DNA of 64,000 nt from an uncultured Gemmatimonadota bacterium (GCA_951812955.1 OX638340.1:3520001-3584000); one strand, 5' to 3'. Positions 28,412-39,005 are shown, counted from the stretch's first letter. The notes: generated by a model not told the origin, from the letters alone. Made by a program: numbers and translations.

Positions 28412-29716
28412 TCAGGAAGTTGACGATCGCTGCCTGATCCGGTGCAGCATAGCGATGAGGTGATCACGAAAGACGCTGCCGGCATCGTGTTCGAAGGGAA
28501 GGTGGCGGCAGATGCGCGGCGCGAACACCGCCGCATACCAACCGAAACCTTTCTGGTCGAAGTCCTGTGGCCGCGCGAGGTAACCGACGGTCTCGTTGGC
28601 GTATCCGATTACCAAGGTGTGCGCGAAAGGTGACGCCGCCTGGACCTGTTTGCCGTAGGTCAGGAACAGCTCGAGCGGATGGGCGAGCAGCACGGCGTCG
28701 TTGATACGCATCCACGAAACGTGGAACTCCAGCCTCAGGGGATGGGGGCCGTCGAGCAGTTCAAGACGTTGCACGCGCCAGTCCACTTCGAACCGGAGTT
28801 TTCGAAGTTCCTCGGGTTTCTCGTCGCGCTTGGCGGTCTTGAGGCGATTCCGGTAATCGTCAAGCTCGGTTTCCAGCACGGCGCGGTCAGGCACAGCCGT
28901 GGGCAGGGCGATTTCGTAGGTGTCGCCGTCCAGATCCACGTCGTCGTGGGTCTCGATGCCATCCAGGGCCGGGAGGACGTGATCGCAAAGGAGTGAACCG
29001 TTCGCCTTCATCATCTCCATGCCTTCGCCGAATCCCCGGCAATTTAGATCGCCGCAGCTGCCCTGGAAGAAGAGTGCCCGCAGGTCCTCGCGTTCACTCT
29101 CCATCTTCCCGATGGCGTCGGCCGGATAGTCGCCGCAGATTACGGTGTCGGCGCCGAGCGTGACGGGGTGGGCGCCGAAGTTGATCACGGCCGCGCGCAT
29201 CCGTCCCCGGAGGTCGTCGATGCGCATCAGCAGCGCTTTATCGTCAGCCTCGCCTCCCTCGTCGACCCGGTTGACGGAAAGACCTGGAACGTGCGTCCCG
29301 CCGAACCCCACGCGTCCGGGTTCCAGGTTCGACACGGCCTGCCCGATGGCGTCGGCGAACCGCCCGGGTAACGCCGCCGTGTATTCCTCGTCCCATTTCC
29401 CCCAGGCCACGGTCTTCATGGTGGCTGGACCGGAGTGGGTATGGGTATTGGTGATTATCACGCGGGACGGTTCGAGTCCGAATCGGCTTCGGACGATGCG
29501 GTGGGTTTCGTCGACGAGGGAACGGTCGGTCCAGACCAGGTCGTTCGATACCCATACGTAGATACGATTGCCGTCCGACAGCGCCAGGGCCGTGGCGTGG
29601 AGGTCCTGGTGGACCGCGGTGGACCGCCGCTCGATATAGGGTCCGTAACCGCAGAGCTCAACGCCCGTGGGCGGAGTAATGACGGTTCGGCCCGTGCCGA
29701 ATTGCAACTGGGGCAT
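28412..29716 (-). CDS. neutral/alkaline ceramidase-like hydrolase
   Basis: ITNTHTHSGP and FQGSCGDLN motifs align with the Ceramidase_alk N-terminal catalytic domain. Confidence 0.55.
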   Translation of the reverse strand: MPQLQFGTGRTVITPPTGVELCGYGPYIERRSTAVHQDLHATALALSDGNRIYVWVSNDLVWTDRSLVDETHRIVRSRFGLEPSRVIITNTHTHSGPATMKTVAWGKWDEEYTAALPGRFADAIGQAVSNLEPGRVGFGGTHVPGLSVNRVDEGGEADDKALLMRIDDLRGRMRAAVINFGAHPVTLGADTVICGDYPADAIGKMESEREDLRALFFQGSCGDLNCRGFGEGMEMMKANGSLLCDHVLPALDGIETHDDVDLDGDTYEIALPTAVPDRAVLETELDDYRNRLKTAKRDEKPEELRKLRFEVDWRVQRLELLDGPHPLRLEFHVSWMRINDAVLLAHPLELFLTYGKQVQAASPFAHTLVIGYANETVGYLARPQDFDQKGFGWYAAVFAPRICRHLPFEHDAGSVFRDHLIAMLHRIRQRSSTS

Positions 29717-29757
29717 GGTGGGTTCTGATTTGAGGTGGCGCGGAATTGGACGGACGC

Positions 29758-30780
29758 TCAGTCCGTGAACCGGATCGTCTCGCCCGTCTTTACCGATTCG
29801 GCCTCCGCGTGGCAGATCCGTAGCGCGTCGCGGGCCGCGGCGGCAGACACCAGTTCGGGTTCCGTTCCGTTTTCAAGAGCATTGATGGCGTAGCCCAACT
29901 GGGCCTCGAAGGCCTCGGGGAAATCGATCTCGGGTTCGGTTCTCGCGCCGTCCGGCGTATAGAGCGTGACCGGCCGGTCCGAGAGCACGTTGTACCAGAG
30001 CGTGCCTTCCTCGAAATAGGCGTCGTAGCCGTGTTCGAAGGCGGCCGAACTGATTGCCCCGCACTGGGAGGAGACGGTGAGGTCCCGGCTTTCGTACCCA
30101 TACTGCGTGTTCAGGTAGAGCACGTATCCGTTCGGACTCGTCATGCCATCGGCGTGGACGCTGTCCGGCATGCCGAAGAGGTAGCGCAGATAGTCGGTGT
30201 CGTGTATGTGCAGGTCGATCCCCGCCGCCCCCGTGCGCTCGTAGTCTCCGAACCAGTTGTCCTCGCCCCACAGGGGTTTGGAGATGACCCGCTTGAGGTG
30301 CAACCCGAGGAGGCGTCCGTAGCGTCCATCGTCGATGGCTGCCTTGAGGAACGCGAATTCGGGGAAGAACTTCAGCACGTGGGCGACCATCAGGGTCCTT
30401 CCGGCTTCTCCGGCCCGGGCGATCATGCGGTCCGCCTCGTTCAGTCCGAGGGCGATGGGTTTCTCGACGAGAACGTGTTTGCCGGCATCCAGCGCGCGCA
30501 GGACCACATCGTGGTGCAGGGCCGTGGGCAGGCAAACGTCGACCAGGTCGATATCCGGATCGCCCAGTACCTCTTCGATATCTGTGCAGGTACGGATCCC
30601 GGTCAGGTCCTGTACGCCGCCTCCGCCGCCGAAGTTGCCTTGGATGTGCCGCCAGTCGCCGCTCAGCTTCCGCTCGTCCCGGGTGCAGATGGCCCCCACC
30701 TCCGCGTTGGCCAGGTTCCTGATCGCCATGAAGTGGGTCGTGCCCATGAATCCGATGCCCAGAATGCCGATGCGTATCAA
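29758..30780 (-). CDS. Gfo/Idh/MocA-family oxidoreductase (TTG start after AAGGAGG)
   Basis: LIRIGILGIGFMGTTHF Rossmann N-terminus, EKP motif (HVLVEKPIA), C-terminal alpha/beta domain. Strong SD 6 nt before the TTG; the track's GTG start 13 codons upstream is less likely. Confidence 0.75.
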   Translation of the reverse strand: MIRIGILGIGFMGTTHFMAIRNLANAEVGAICTRDERKLSGDWRHIQGNFGGGGGVQDLTGIRTCTDIEEVLGDPDIDLVDVCLPTALHHDVVLRALDAGKHVLVEKPIALGLNEADRMIARAGEAGRTLMVAHVLKFFPEFAFLKAAIDDGRYGRLLGLHLKRVISKPLWGEDNWFGDYERTGAAGIDLHIHDTDYLRYLFGMPDSVHADGMTSPNGYVLYLNTQYGYESRDLTVSSQCGAISSAAFEHGYDAYFEEGTLWYNVLSDRPVTLYTPDGARTEPEIDFPEAFEAQLGYAINALENGTEPELVSAAAARDALRICHAEAESVKTGETIRFTD

Positions 30781-30883
30781 GTATGTTCCTCCTTTGAACG
30801 GGATGCGCACATCTTTCACGCGCCTTCTTCATCGGGGATGTTTCTTACTTTCTTCGAGGTCCCGGTCTCTCTCTCAGACTACT

Positions 30884-31711
30884 TTAATCCGTCGCGGACG
30901 GCGTGAACAGCAGTTGACCGTGTTTCCGGTAACCGCCGATGAGGGCCTGTGCCTCCGGTGAGGTGACATAGTCAATGAGCGCGCGCGCGTGCCCGTACTT
31001 GACGTGCGGCCAGCGCTCAGGGTTGACGGCGATCATGCTATAGGGGTTGTGCAGCGGGGGATCGTACTCCACCAGGACCCGTAAGTCCACTGTTTCCCGC
31101 AGGGCCAGGTAGGTGCCCCGGTCGATCAGCACGTAACCGCGTTTCTCGTCCGCCATGCGCAAAGTGGCTGCCATGCCCTGGCCCACCTCCACGTACCAGT
31201 CTCCGGCAGGCTCGGTCCCGGCAATGGTCCAGATCGCCCGCTCTTTCTGGTGGGTACCGGATAGATCGCCCCGCGAGAAAAACAACGCTTCCTTGCGCGC
31301 AATGGTGACGAAGGCGTCGGCGACTTTTTCCGTCCCTGCGATCCCGGCCTGATCGGCGGAAGGCCCTACGACGACGAAATCGTTGTACATCACGCTCCGG
31401 CGATTCACGCCGAAGCCGGCGTCGACAAAGGCTTCCTCCAGCTTTGGAGCGTGTACGAGGACCGCGTCCACGTCGCCATTTTCGGCCAGCTTCAGCGCCT
31501 TTCCCGTGCCGACGGCGATGACGTCCACCCGAATCCCACCGTCAGGCTTTCGTTCAAACGGCGGCAGGAGGATGTCGAGCAGGCCCGAATCGTGGGTGCT
31601 GGTGGTCGTTGCCAATTTCAGGCGTGGCTGCGCTTCCGCATCGGGCGCGGTTACTGTGACGGAGGCGACTGCCACAACAAAGAGCAGGGGAAATAGACGA
31701 CGAAGACGCAT
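30884..31711 (-). CDS. TupA/WtpA-like tungstate/molybdate-type periplasmic substrate-binding protein (orphan)
   Basis: Signal peptide. ATTTSTHDSGLLDILLPPFE...VIAVGTGKALKLAENGDVDAVLVHAP...MYNDFVVVGP closely matches TupA. No ABC permease or ATPase genes are adjacent. Confidence 0.7.
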   Translation of the reverse strand: MRLRRLFPLLFVVAVASVTVTAPDAEAQPRLKLATTTSTHDSGLLDILLPPFERKPDGGIRVDVIAVGTGKALKLAENGDVDAVLVHAPKLEEAFVDAGFGVNRRSVMYNDFVVVGPSADQAGIAGTEKVADAFVTIARKEALFFSRGDLSGTHQKERAIWTIAGTEPAGDWYVEVGQGMAATLRMADEKRGYVLIDRGTYLALRETVDLRVLVEYDPPLHNPYSMIAVNPERWPHVKYGHARALIDYVTSPEAQALIGGYRKHGQLLFTPSATD

Positions 31712-31752
31712 GCTGTGGACCGATTCGTGGGCGGCGTTACTCGGGCGGACCG

Positions 31753-32901
31753 TCAGTTCAACCTGAGCATGAACATGACGCGAAGGCGCGTTCGCCACGC
31801 GTTGTTAGCCACGGGCGAGACGTGTGTCTCGGGGGAATCGTACTTGCGGGTGTACAGGTGGATATCGACCGTCAGCTTTTCTATGAGATGATGGCCGAAG
31901 AAGAGGGCGGCGCCTTTCGTATTGGTCTGGGTGTAGTCGATGTTGCTGAAGGGTGCAAGCGTGGCGTCCTGCTGCATGAGATAGGCCTGGAACCCGGTTC
32001 GGGTATCGCCGACCTTCCCCGTGCTGCCGTACATCACCGAACCCGTGATTCCGTGCCGCATGTCGTCGGCCCCGGTGTTGAGTACGTAGTCGGCGTTCAG
32101 CGCCAGCGGCCGTCCGTTCACGGTCTGGGTATACTGGCCGCTGAAGTTGATCATCCTGAATTCGGACAGGTATCCGGTGCGGTCCGCGTTGGGTCGGTTC
32201 GAATTCGCCGCAACGATCAGAGCGGGAGACTTCAGGTTCTGCGCGGCATAGAGGGAATCCGCGCCCCCCACGGTATAGTAGGCGACGGCCAGCGTCTGGG
32301 ACCTGCCGGGCTGGTTAAATCGGGCCATGGCCTGTCCGCCCAGGAAATAGGTACGGTCGAGGTCCTTCACCGGAGAGGCCACCTGGTTGATCATGAACTG
32401 GCCGAAATTCAGGCCGAAGGTCGCGGAGCCGTCAGCGCTCTTCGTGGTGATCTGCTGGGCGAGTCCCTCCGGCGAGAGATCGCTGTCCAGGACGACCTGG
32501 GTAGGCCGGAAGAAGGGCAGGGGAAACTTGCCCGCGGTCAGGGTGAGCGAGGGATTGGGCCTGATGCGCGCGTACATCCAGGAAATATAGGGGTACTCGC
32601 GTTCAAACAGGTCGCCGTAACTCATCCAGTCGGCAACGGTGATCGCCTTGGGATTGCCCGTCATGACCTTGCCGGTCACGTCGATGCGGTCCGTCACGCG
32701 CAGCGTAGCATTCAGGAAGGCCCCGTACATGAAGCGGTTGACCGCCCGGCTGCCGTCCTGATAGTCGCCCTGCAGCCGCGATCTGATCATCCCGTTCCAG
32801 GTGAAACGGTCGTCTTCCTGGGCGGCGACGGGAGCGACGGGAACGACGTTCGTCAACGCGGTGAGAAAAAGGACGCACAACAGGAAGTATCGGATCGGCA
32901 T
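31753..32901 (-). CDS. outer-membrane beta-barrel porin (possibly anion/phosphate-selective OprO/P-like)
   Basis: Signal peptide. Alternating hydrophobic beta-strand pattern. C-terminal ...RLRVMFMLRLN with terminal aromatic-type OMP ending. Adjacent to the binding-protein gene. Confidence 0.45.
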   Translation of the reverse strand: MPIRYFLLCVLFLTALTNVVPVAPVAAQEDDRFTWNGMIRSRLQGDYQDGSRAVNRFMYGAFLNATLRVTDRIDVTGKVMTGNPKAITVADWMSYGDLFEREYPYISWMYARIRPNPSLTLTAGKFPLPFFRPTQVVLDSDLSPEGLAQQITTKSADGSATFGLNFGQFMINQVASPVKDLDRTYFLGGQAMARFNQPGRSQTLAVAYYTVGGADSLYAAQNLKSPALIVAANSNRPNADRTGYLSEFRMINFSGQYTQTVNGRPLALNADYVLNTGADDMRHGITGSVMYGSTGKVGDTRTGFQAYLMQQDATLAPFSNIDYTQTNTKGAALFFGHHLIEKLTVDIHLYTRKYDSPETHVSPVANNAWRTRLRVMFMLRLN

Positions 32902-33406
32902 GGGTTCATCCCCTCCAGTGTACCCGTTCTTTTTTGCTACGTACAGTGGGCCGGAATCGCCGAAACACGCTGGAAATCGATTCATTTAACAGAGGTGAGT
33001 CTTGAACAAGGGATAGTATGGACGCGGTGATTTCGTGTCAAGAAATATCGAAAGGTCTTCTGCCCACGTCGCATGGAATTGAAAAGGCGTCATCGACCCG
33101 GTCCGGCCATCCGATGACCGGTGGGCGACAGACGGCGTCCGAGGGACGACAGGCAGCGTCCGGGGAACTGCGTCAGGTATAATGTTAGAATGAAGCAGGC
33201 GGTTCGGGTGTATCCAGATTGTATACACATATCCGGACGGCACGGCAACTCGTGTTCAGTTACTTTAGGGTTGTCAGGACACCTTCGGCCGGGTATATTC
33301 GACTTCGTTATCGAATCGGACCATCCAGGCGGAATCGGGTGGGTCGATTTCGACCGCGACCGGCGATTATGCGCGGTCGTGTCCATTCATTCCAGGGAGA
33401 ACATTC

Positions 33407-34669
33407 ATGTTGAACAGTATCATGGAGAAAGTCGACTCCGGCCTTTCCCGCCGCCGTTTTCTCACGGGCGCGCTGGCGGCCGGCGCCGCGCTCACTCTGG
33501 CCGATCGCCTTGCCCTAGCCCAGACCATGGCCTCGAGCGGCCTTACCGCCAAGGACATCCACGGGATCGGCGTCGAGCCGGGTCTCGTCCGCATGGCGCT
33601 GAACGAAAACCCGATCGGGCCGTCCCCGATGGCGCTTAAAGCCATCGCCGAGAACATGTTCAAGATCAACCGGTATTCCTTCGGCGGCGGGGACATAACT
33701 GGCGCGCTGGCCGAATTCGACGGGATCGAACTCCCGCCCCCTCGTGAATTGCCGGCCGGTATGCGTGGCATGGGCGGTGGCGGGGGATTCCGTTTCAGGC
33801 GGCAGACGCCCTTCTTCATCACGGCGGGTTCCGGCGCGCTCCTTACCCAGATTGCCCTGGCCTACCTTAGCAAGGGTGGAACCGAGGTGATCGAGGCGGA
33901 CATGGGGTATGGCGATGTGTCGGGTGAGGCCGAAGACTACCAGGAAGCGGGCATCGACGTGAACATCATCCGCGTACCCGTGAAGAACTACGAGCACGAC
34001 CTGGACGCCATGCTCGCGGCGATCACGCCGAAGACCTCCGTGGTGGTCATCACCAACCCGAACAACCCGACCGGGACGCTGCTGTCCTTCGAAGAAACCG
34101 AGAAGTTCGTGAACTCCGTGCCTGAGAACGTGCTCGTGGTCATCGACGAGGCCTACATTCACTTCGTCAAGGACCCGGCGTACCAGACCGCGGCGTCGCT
34201 TGCCACCACACACGACAACGTGATCGTCACGCGGACCTTTTCCAAGGTTTTCGGCATGCCGGGCATGCGCCTCGGGTACGGGATCTGTAGCCAGGCCATC
34301 CAGGAGAAGCTCGGGTTCTACAGCACGGGGCGCGCCAACGCCCTGGCCTACGCCGCGGGCGAGGCTTCGCTCAAGGACAGGAGCCACTACGACCGTTCCC
34401 GGGCGGTGGTCCTGCATTTCAGGGAAAGACTTGAAGAGGAGTTTACGAAGATGGGGCTGGAATTCATCCCGTCGGAAAGCAACTTCATGATGGTCAACCT
34501 GGGCAAGCCCTCCATGAATATCATGCGGGAGATGTTCCGCAAGGGCGTCATGGTGACGAACCGGCGCAGGCAGCAGATGCCCACGTGGATTCGCGTATCC
34601 TCCGGCGACGAGCGGGAAACGGAAGTCTTCCTCAACGTGCTGAAAGAAGTCCTGGGTAAAACCAGCTAG
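33407..34669 (+). CDS. class I/II (HisC-like) PLP aminotransferase with a Tat signal peptide
   Basis: SRRRFLTGALAAGAALTLA Tat signal. LNENPIGPSP, NPNNPTG, RTFSKVFGMPGMRLGY motifs. GGGAGA RBS. Confidence 0.7.
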   Translation: MLNSIMEKVDSGLSRRRFLTGALAAGAALTLADRLALAQTMASSGLTAKDIHGIGVEPGLVRMALNENPIGPSPMALKAIAENMFKINRYSFGGGDITGALAEFDGIELPPPRELPAGMRGMGGGGGFRFRRQTPFFITAGSGALLTQIALAYLSKGGTEVIEADMGYGDVSGEAEDYQEAGIDVNIIRVPVKNYEHDLDAMLAAITPKTSVVVITNPNNPTGTLLSFEETEKFVNSVPENVLVVIDEAYIHFVKDPAYQTAASLATTHDNVIVTRTFSKVFGMPGMRLGYGICSQAIQEKLGFYSTGRANALAYAAGEASLKDRSHYDRSRAVVLHFRERLEEEFTKMGLEFIPSESNFMMVNLGKPSMNIMREMFRKGVMVTNRRRQQMPTWIRVSSGDERETEVFLNVLKEVLGKTS

Positions 34670-34685
34670 CAGCACGGGGCCGCCA

Positions 34686-36020
34686 ATGTCGCAAATCCGC
34701 CTGCCCCTGGTCGTTACGTGGGGCCTGGTCGTCCTGTGGTTCGTGCTGGACGTCACGGCCCTTATGGCGGGCGGCCCATTTAATGTCAACTGGACCATAC
34801 CGGTCGCCGCGGCCTGGCTCTCGGTCGTATGTCTCCGCGCGGGCAGAGGTTACGGCGGGTTCCTGTCCGCGGTTCTGCTCTATACGGCAGGCGTCCGCCT
34901 GCTGATCATACTGCTGGCGATCCTGGGCAAGACGACCGGGCTCGATGGCGCGTACTTCACCTGGGGACGCAGCGCGCTATTCGGCCTGGTCATTCCCCAT
35001 GTCGTGCTGTGGCCGGTCGTCACCTTTATCGCGGGTACGCTGATCTGGCCGGTGACGGCCCTGGTTATGCGCCGGAGACAGGTATCCTATCGAGGCGCGG
35101 CCATGGGCGTTTTGATCATCCTTCTGCTCGTCTTCATCGGCCTGCCCTACCTGATTTCGACCCTGTACACCGGCAGCGTGGGACCTCGCCGCAAGGCGCA
35201 GGACACCCCCGCGGACCACGGGATGGTCTACGAGGACGTCACGCTGACGACTTCCGACGGCCTGAACCTGGCCGCATGGTACGTCCCGAACGAGACCGGC
35301 CGCGGCACGGTCATTTACTGTCACGGCCATCTCAACCACAGGGGTCAGATGCTCGACCAGGCAGCCTTTATTCATGAAAACGGCTTCAATGGGCTCCTGT
35401 TCGATTTCCGGCGGCATGGGGACAGCGAAGGCAATCTGACGACATTCGGCTATTTCGAGTGGCGCGATGCACAGGCGGCCCTGAGATACGCGGTCGACGT
35501 GCGGGGAGAGCAAGGTCCGGTCATTTTGTGGGGTGTTTCCATGGGCGCGGCCACCGCGTTGCTCACGGCAGCTGAAGAGCCCGAGATCGACGCCGTCATC
35601 GCCGAAAGCAGTTTCTACGCGGCCTCCGAAACGCTGCGCGGCGACCTGAACCGGATGTTCGGCCTGCCCACGGTGCCCTTCGGGTTTCTGACGGGTACCA
35701 TAACGGAACTTCGGGTGGGCATCAAGCTTGATGCCCTGGACATCGGCCGCGCGGTGTCCGGCCTGAAGGAAGCTTCCGTGCTTCTGGTGGGCGGCACGGC
35801 GGATCGCCGCATGCCGGTATCGAACAACGAACGGCTATACGACCAGATACCCGGAACGCGCAAGGAGATCTACGTGGTGGAGGGCGCGACCCACGGCGAC
35901 ATTTGGGAAATGGACCGGGAAGCGTACGCGGAGACGGTCCGGCAGTTCCTGGAAAGATATGGTTTGCTCGATGGCCCTGAACCGCCGGCCGGCGAGGAAA
36001 CCGCGGAAGAAACGCTGTAG
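34686..36020 (+). CDS. membrane-anchored alpha/beta-hydrolase (4-5 N-terminal TM helices plus a catalytic domain)
   Basis: Hydrophobic N-terminal 150 aa. HGHLNHRG...GVSMGAA (GxSxG)...ATHGD serine-hydrolase triad pattern. Confidence 0.6.
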   Translation: MSQIRLPLVVTWGLVVLWFVLDVTALMAGGPFNVNWTIPVAAAWLSVVCLRAGRGYGGFLSAVLLYTAGVRLLIILLAILGKTTGLDGAYFTWGRSALFGLVIPHVVLWPVVTFIAGTLIWPVTALVMRRRQVSYRGAAMGVLIILLLVFIGLPYLISTLYTGSVGPRRKAQDTPADHGMVYEDVTLTTSDGLNLAAWYVPNETGRGTVIYCHGHLNHRGQMLDQAAFIHENGFNGLLFDFRRHGDSEGNLTTFGYFEWRDAQAALRYAVDVRGEQGPVILWGVSMGAATALLTAAEEPEIDAVIAESSFYAASETLRGDLNRMFGLPTVPFGFLTGTITELRVGIKLDALDIGRAVSGLKEASVLLVGGTADRRMPVSNNERLYDQIPGTRKEIYVVEGATHGDIWEMDREAYAETVRQFLERYGLLDGPEPPAGEETAEETL

Positions 36021-36039
36021 ATTACGTTGCAGGTTGGCT

Positions 36040-36125
36040 GCTGATAGCGCGGAAGATAACGCCGCAAGTAGCGCTGCGGATAACATTGTAGATAACGCTG
36101 CAAGTAGCACTGCAGATAACTCAGA
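36040..36125. repeat. intergenic tandem repeats rich in GATAAC (gataacgcYgcaagtagcRctgcRgataac...)
   Basis: Direct reading. Lies just upstream of the nitroreductase-family gene start (36145). Confidence 0.7.
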
Positions 36126-36144
36126 AGAAATAAGGGGAACAGGC

Positions 36145-36813
36145 GTGAGCGAACCCGTGTTTCAACCCCTGTCGTCCTACCAGGAATATCCACCCGACGA
36201 GATGGAGCGGCGGGCCGAAGCATTCTACCAGGCGCTTCGCCGCCGGCGCACGGTCCGTGAATTCTCCGACCGGCCCGTGCCGAAATCGATCATCGATCAC
36301 TGCATACTGGCGGCCGGCACGGCGCCCAGCGGCGCGAACATGCAGCCGTGGCATTTTGCCGCGGTGTCCGACCCTGAAATCAAGGCGACGATCCGCGTCG
36401 CCGCAGAGCGGGAGGAACAACAGTTCTACCAGGAGAAGGCGCCGCAGGAGTGGCTCGACGCACTGGCCCCACTGGGTACCGACCAAAACAAACCATTTCT
36501 GGAAACGGCGCCTTGGCTGATCGCGATCTTCGTACAGCGCCACGGCATGCTGCCCGACGGGCGGAGCGTAAAGCACTATTACGCCCTGGAATCGGTGGGC
36601 ATCGCCACGGGGATGCTGATCGCGGCGGTGCACCACGCCGGCCTGGCGTCGCTCACCCACACCCCGAGTCCCATGAACTTCCTGAACCGGCTGCTGGGCA
36701 GGCCGGCCAACGAGCGGCCCTTCCTGCTCCTGGTCGTCGGCTACCCGGCGGAAGGCGCGGAAGTGCCGGTAATCACGAAAAAGCCCCTTGACGACATTGC
36801 CACGTTCGCTTGA
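36145..36813 (+). CDS. nitroreductase-family flavoprotein (iodotyrosine-deiodinase-like subgroup)
   Basis: GTG after [19 protein letters not shown]...[12 protein letters not shown]...[20 protein letters not shown] typical of the NADH-oxidase/nitroreductase fold. Confidence 0.7.
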   Translation: MSEPVFQPLSSYQEYPPDEMERRAEAFYQALRRRRTVREFSDRPVPKSIIDHCILAAGTAPSGANMQPWHFAAVSDPEIKATIRVAAEREEQQFYQEKAPQEWLDALAPLGTDQNKPFLETAPWLIAIFVQRHGMLPDGRSVKHYYALESVGIATGMLIAAVHHAGLASLTHTPSPMNFLNRLLGRPANERPFLLLVVGYPAEGAEVPVITKKPLDDIATFA

Positions 36814-36886
36814 AGCACGGTGCAGGTGCCTGAAGCGCGGCGCGGCGGCCTGAAGTGCGGCGAAGCAAGGGAAATAAGGAGGTATC

Positions 36887-37762
36887 ATGCGCGGGTCGAT
36901 CGTACCGGTGGTTACACCCTTCAGGAACGGGTCGCTGGACCTGGACGGACTGGCCGGACTGGTCGATTGGCAGATCCGGAGCGGTTCCCACGGCGTTTCG
37001 GTTCAGGGGACGACGGGCGAGCCGGGTTCGCTATCCCTCGAAGAGCGCAAGGAGGTGATCCGCGCCGCGTCCGCGGCGGTGGACGGCAGGGTGCCCTTCG
37101 TTCCGGGCAGCGCATCCGCCAACCACGAGGAGTCCATCGAACTCTCTCGCTTCGCGCAGGCCCATGGCGCCGACGCGCTGCTGTTCATCGCGCCGTACTA
37201 CAGCCGGCCCGGCCAGGAAGGGATATATCGTCATTTCGACGCGTTGGCCAAATGCGTGGACCTTCCCGTAATCCTGTACAATATCCCGGGCCGCACGGCC
37301 GTCAACATCGAGATCGATACCGTGGCGCGGCTGAAGGAGGCCAACGACAATCTCATCGGCGTCAAGGAGTCGAACAAGGATTTCGAGCACATCAACCGCC
37401 TGCTGCACCGCATGGGCAGGGACTTCCTGGTGTACTCGGGGATCGAACTGCTTTGCTATCCCATTCTCGCAATCGGCGGGGCGGGATTCGTGAGCGCAAC
37501 GGGCAATCTGATGCCAGTGGAAGTCGCGCGACTGTACGACCTGGTCCAGGAAGGGAAATGGCTGGAGGCGCGCGAACTCCACTACCACATGATGACGCTC
37601 AACGACGCCGTGTTCATGGAGATCAACCCGGTTCCTGTCAAGACGGCCCTGGGCATGATGGGCAAGATCAGCCCGGAGGTCAGGCTGCCCCTTGCGCCGT
37701 TGTCGGACCGCAACCGCGAAAAACTGCGCGGGATCCTGGCGGACTACGGACTGATCCGGTAA
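36887..37762 (+). CDS. DapA-family (4-hydroxy-tetrahydrodipicolinate synthase / dihydrodipicolinate-synthase-like) lyase
   Basis: AAGGAGG RBS. VPVVTPF...GTTGE...YNIPGRT...active-site Lys region (GVKES). Confidence 0.85.
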   Translation: MRGSIVPVVTPFRNGSLDLDGLAGLVDWQIRSGSHGVSVQGTTGEPGSLSLEERKEVIRAASAAVDGRVPFVPGSASANHEESIELSRFAQAHGADALLFIAPYYSRPGQEGIYRHFDALAKCVDLPVILYNIPGRTAVNIEIDTVARLKEANDNLIGVKESNKDFEHINRLLHRMGRDFLVYSGIELLCYPILAIGGAGFVSATGNLMPVEVARLYDLVQEGKWLEARELHYHMMTLNDAVFMEINPVPVKTALGMMGKISPEVRLPLAPLSDRNREKLRGILADYGLIR

Positions 37763-37812
37763 CCGGCCGCGGCGCGGAGCCATTGGCTGTCGGCCCGTTT
37801 TCCGGTACGCAC

Positions 37813-38838
37813 ATGTCGAAAACAACCTACCGTCTGCATTACAACGAGAACCCCCTCGGTCCCTCTCCGGTGGTGATGGACCGGATCCGGGATCACCTGG
37901 CGGGACTCAGCCTCTACCCGCACCGGGACGACGAAGCGTTGCGAGACTGCCTGGCGGCGTTCTATGGCAGGGGAGTGACGCCTGCGCACCTGTTCTCGAC
38001 ATATAGCGGCTCCGAAGCCCTGGATCTCATCGCGCGGGTTTACCTGGAACCGGGCGACGAGGTCATCGTCTGCGGACCGACCTTCCACGTTTACGCACGG
38101 ACGGCCGAGTGGCAGGGCGCGAAGATCGTCGACGTACCGCTGGACAACCAGGATTTCAGCGTCCGGGTCGACGCGGTCATGCGGGCGGTTACGCCCCGGA
38201 CGCGCCTGGTCTACGTGGGCAATCCTAACAATCCGACGGGGTCGATCGTCACCCGGGACGACATGGACCTGCTCCATATGGGGCTGCCCGACCAGGTGAC
38301 CCTGATATCCGACGAAGTATACCACCACTTCGTGACGCGTCCGGACTACCCGGATTCGCTGGCAAGTGTCGCGGCGGGACGGAACTTGATCGTCCTCCAT
38401 TCTTTCTCGAAGGTCTACGGTTTGGCCGGTCTTCGCGTGGGCGTGGCGATCTCCCGTCCCGACATCATCGACCGGCTGGCGAGATACCGCAGGACCTTCC
38501 ACCTGGGTACGCTGGAGATGGAGGCGGCCATCGCGGCCGTTGGCGACCCGGACCACGTGGCGCGATCCGTGGCGATGGCGGAGCGGGGCAAGAAAAGATG
38601 CTATGCCGCCTTCGATCGTTTGAGGATTACATACTGGCCCAGTGAAGGCAACTTTATCCTGTTCCGAACGCCCATGTTCGCGGACGATCTCGCCGCGCGC
38701 ATGGCCGACCGGGGCATTCTCGTGGGTTCGGGCAGCCGTTTCGGCCTGACGCATGCCATCCGGGTCAGCATCGGGCTCCCGGAAGCCAACCAGGCTTTCA
38801 TTTCGGCCCTTGAGCATATTCTGGCCGACGAAAGTTAG
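37813..38838 (+). CDS. hisC: histidinol-phosphate aminotransferase-like class II aminotransferase
   Basis: LHYNENPLGPSP, GNPNNPTG, HSFSKVYGLAGLRVG. The ORF track's 36820 start is an artefactual upstream extension across the DapA-like gene. Confidence 0.8.
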   Translation: MSKTTYRLHYNENPLGPSPVVMDRIRDHLAGLSLYPHRDDEALRDCLAAFYGRGVTPAHLFSTYSGSEALDLIARVYLEPGDEVIVCGPTFHVYARTAEWQGAKIVDVPLDNQDFSVRVDAVMRAVTPRTRLVYVGNPNNPTGSIVTRDDMDLLHMGLPDQVTLISDEVYHHFVTRPDYPDSLASVAAGRNLIVLHSFSKVYGLAGLRVGVAISRPDIIDRLARYRRTFHLGTLEMEAAIAAVGDPDHVARSVAMAERGKKRCYAAFDRLRITYWPSEGNFILFRTPMFADDLAARMADRGILVGSGSRFGLTHAIRVSIGLPEANQAFISALEHILADES

Positions 38839-38865
38839 CATGCGCGTACCGTCGGGCGACGCCAT

Positions 38866-39005
38866 TCGGTCGCCCTTGCGCCGCCGGTCACCCAGGCGCC
38901 GCCTTTCGGTCGATCTGGCACCGCGTTCTGGTCGATCTGGCGCCGCGTTCCGGTCGTCCTTGCGCTGCCTTTCGGTCGATCTGGCGCCGCGTTCCGGTCG
39001 TCGAC
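38866..39005. repeat. intergenic tandem repeats (unit ~ggtcgatctggcRccgcgttcYggtcg, 3-4 copies)
   Basis: Direct reading. Between hisC-like and the class-III aminotransferase. Confidence 0.75.

Noticed and set aside
29758-30819. Longer (GTG) start for Gfo/Idh/MocA oxidoreductase 1
   Set aside because: An AAGGAGG SD sits 6 nt before an internal TTG. That TTG yields the canonical family N-terminus LIRIGILGIGFMG, so the extra 13 codons are unlikely to be translated.
36820-38838. 672-aa ORF-track call
   Set aside because: It is a frame-coincident read-through. The real genes are DapA-like 36887..37762 in another frame and hisC-like from ATG 37813. The extended N-terminus is Arg/Gly-rich nonsense.
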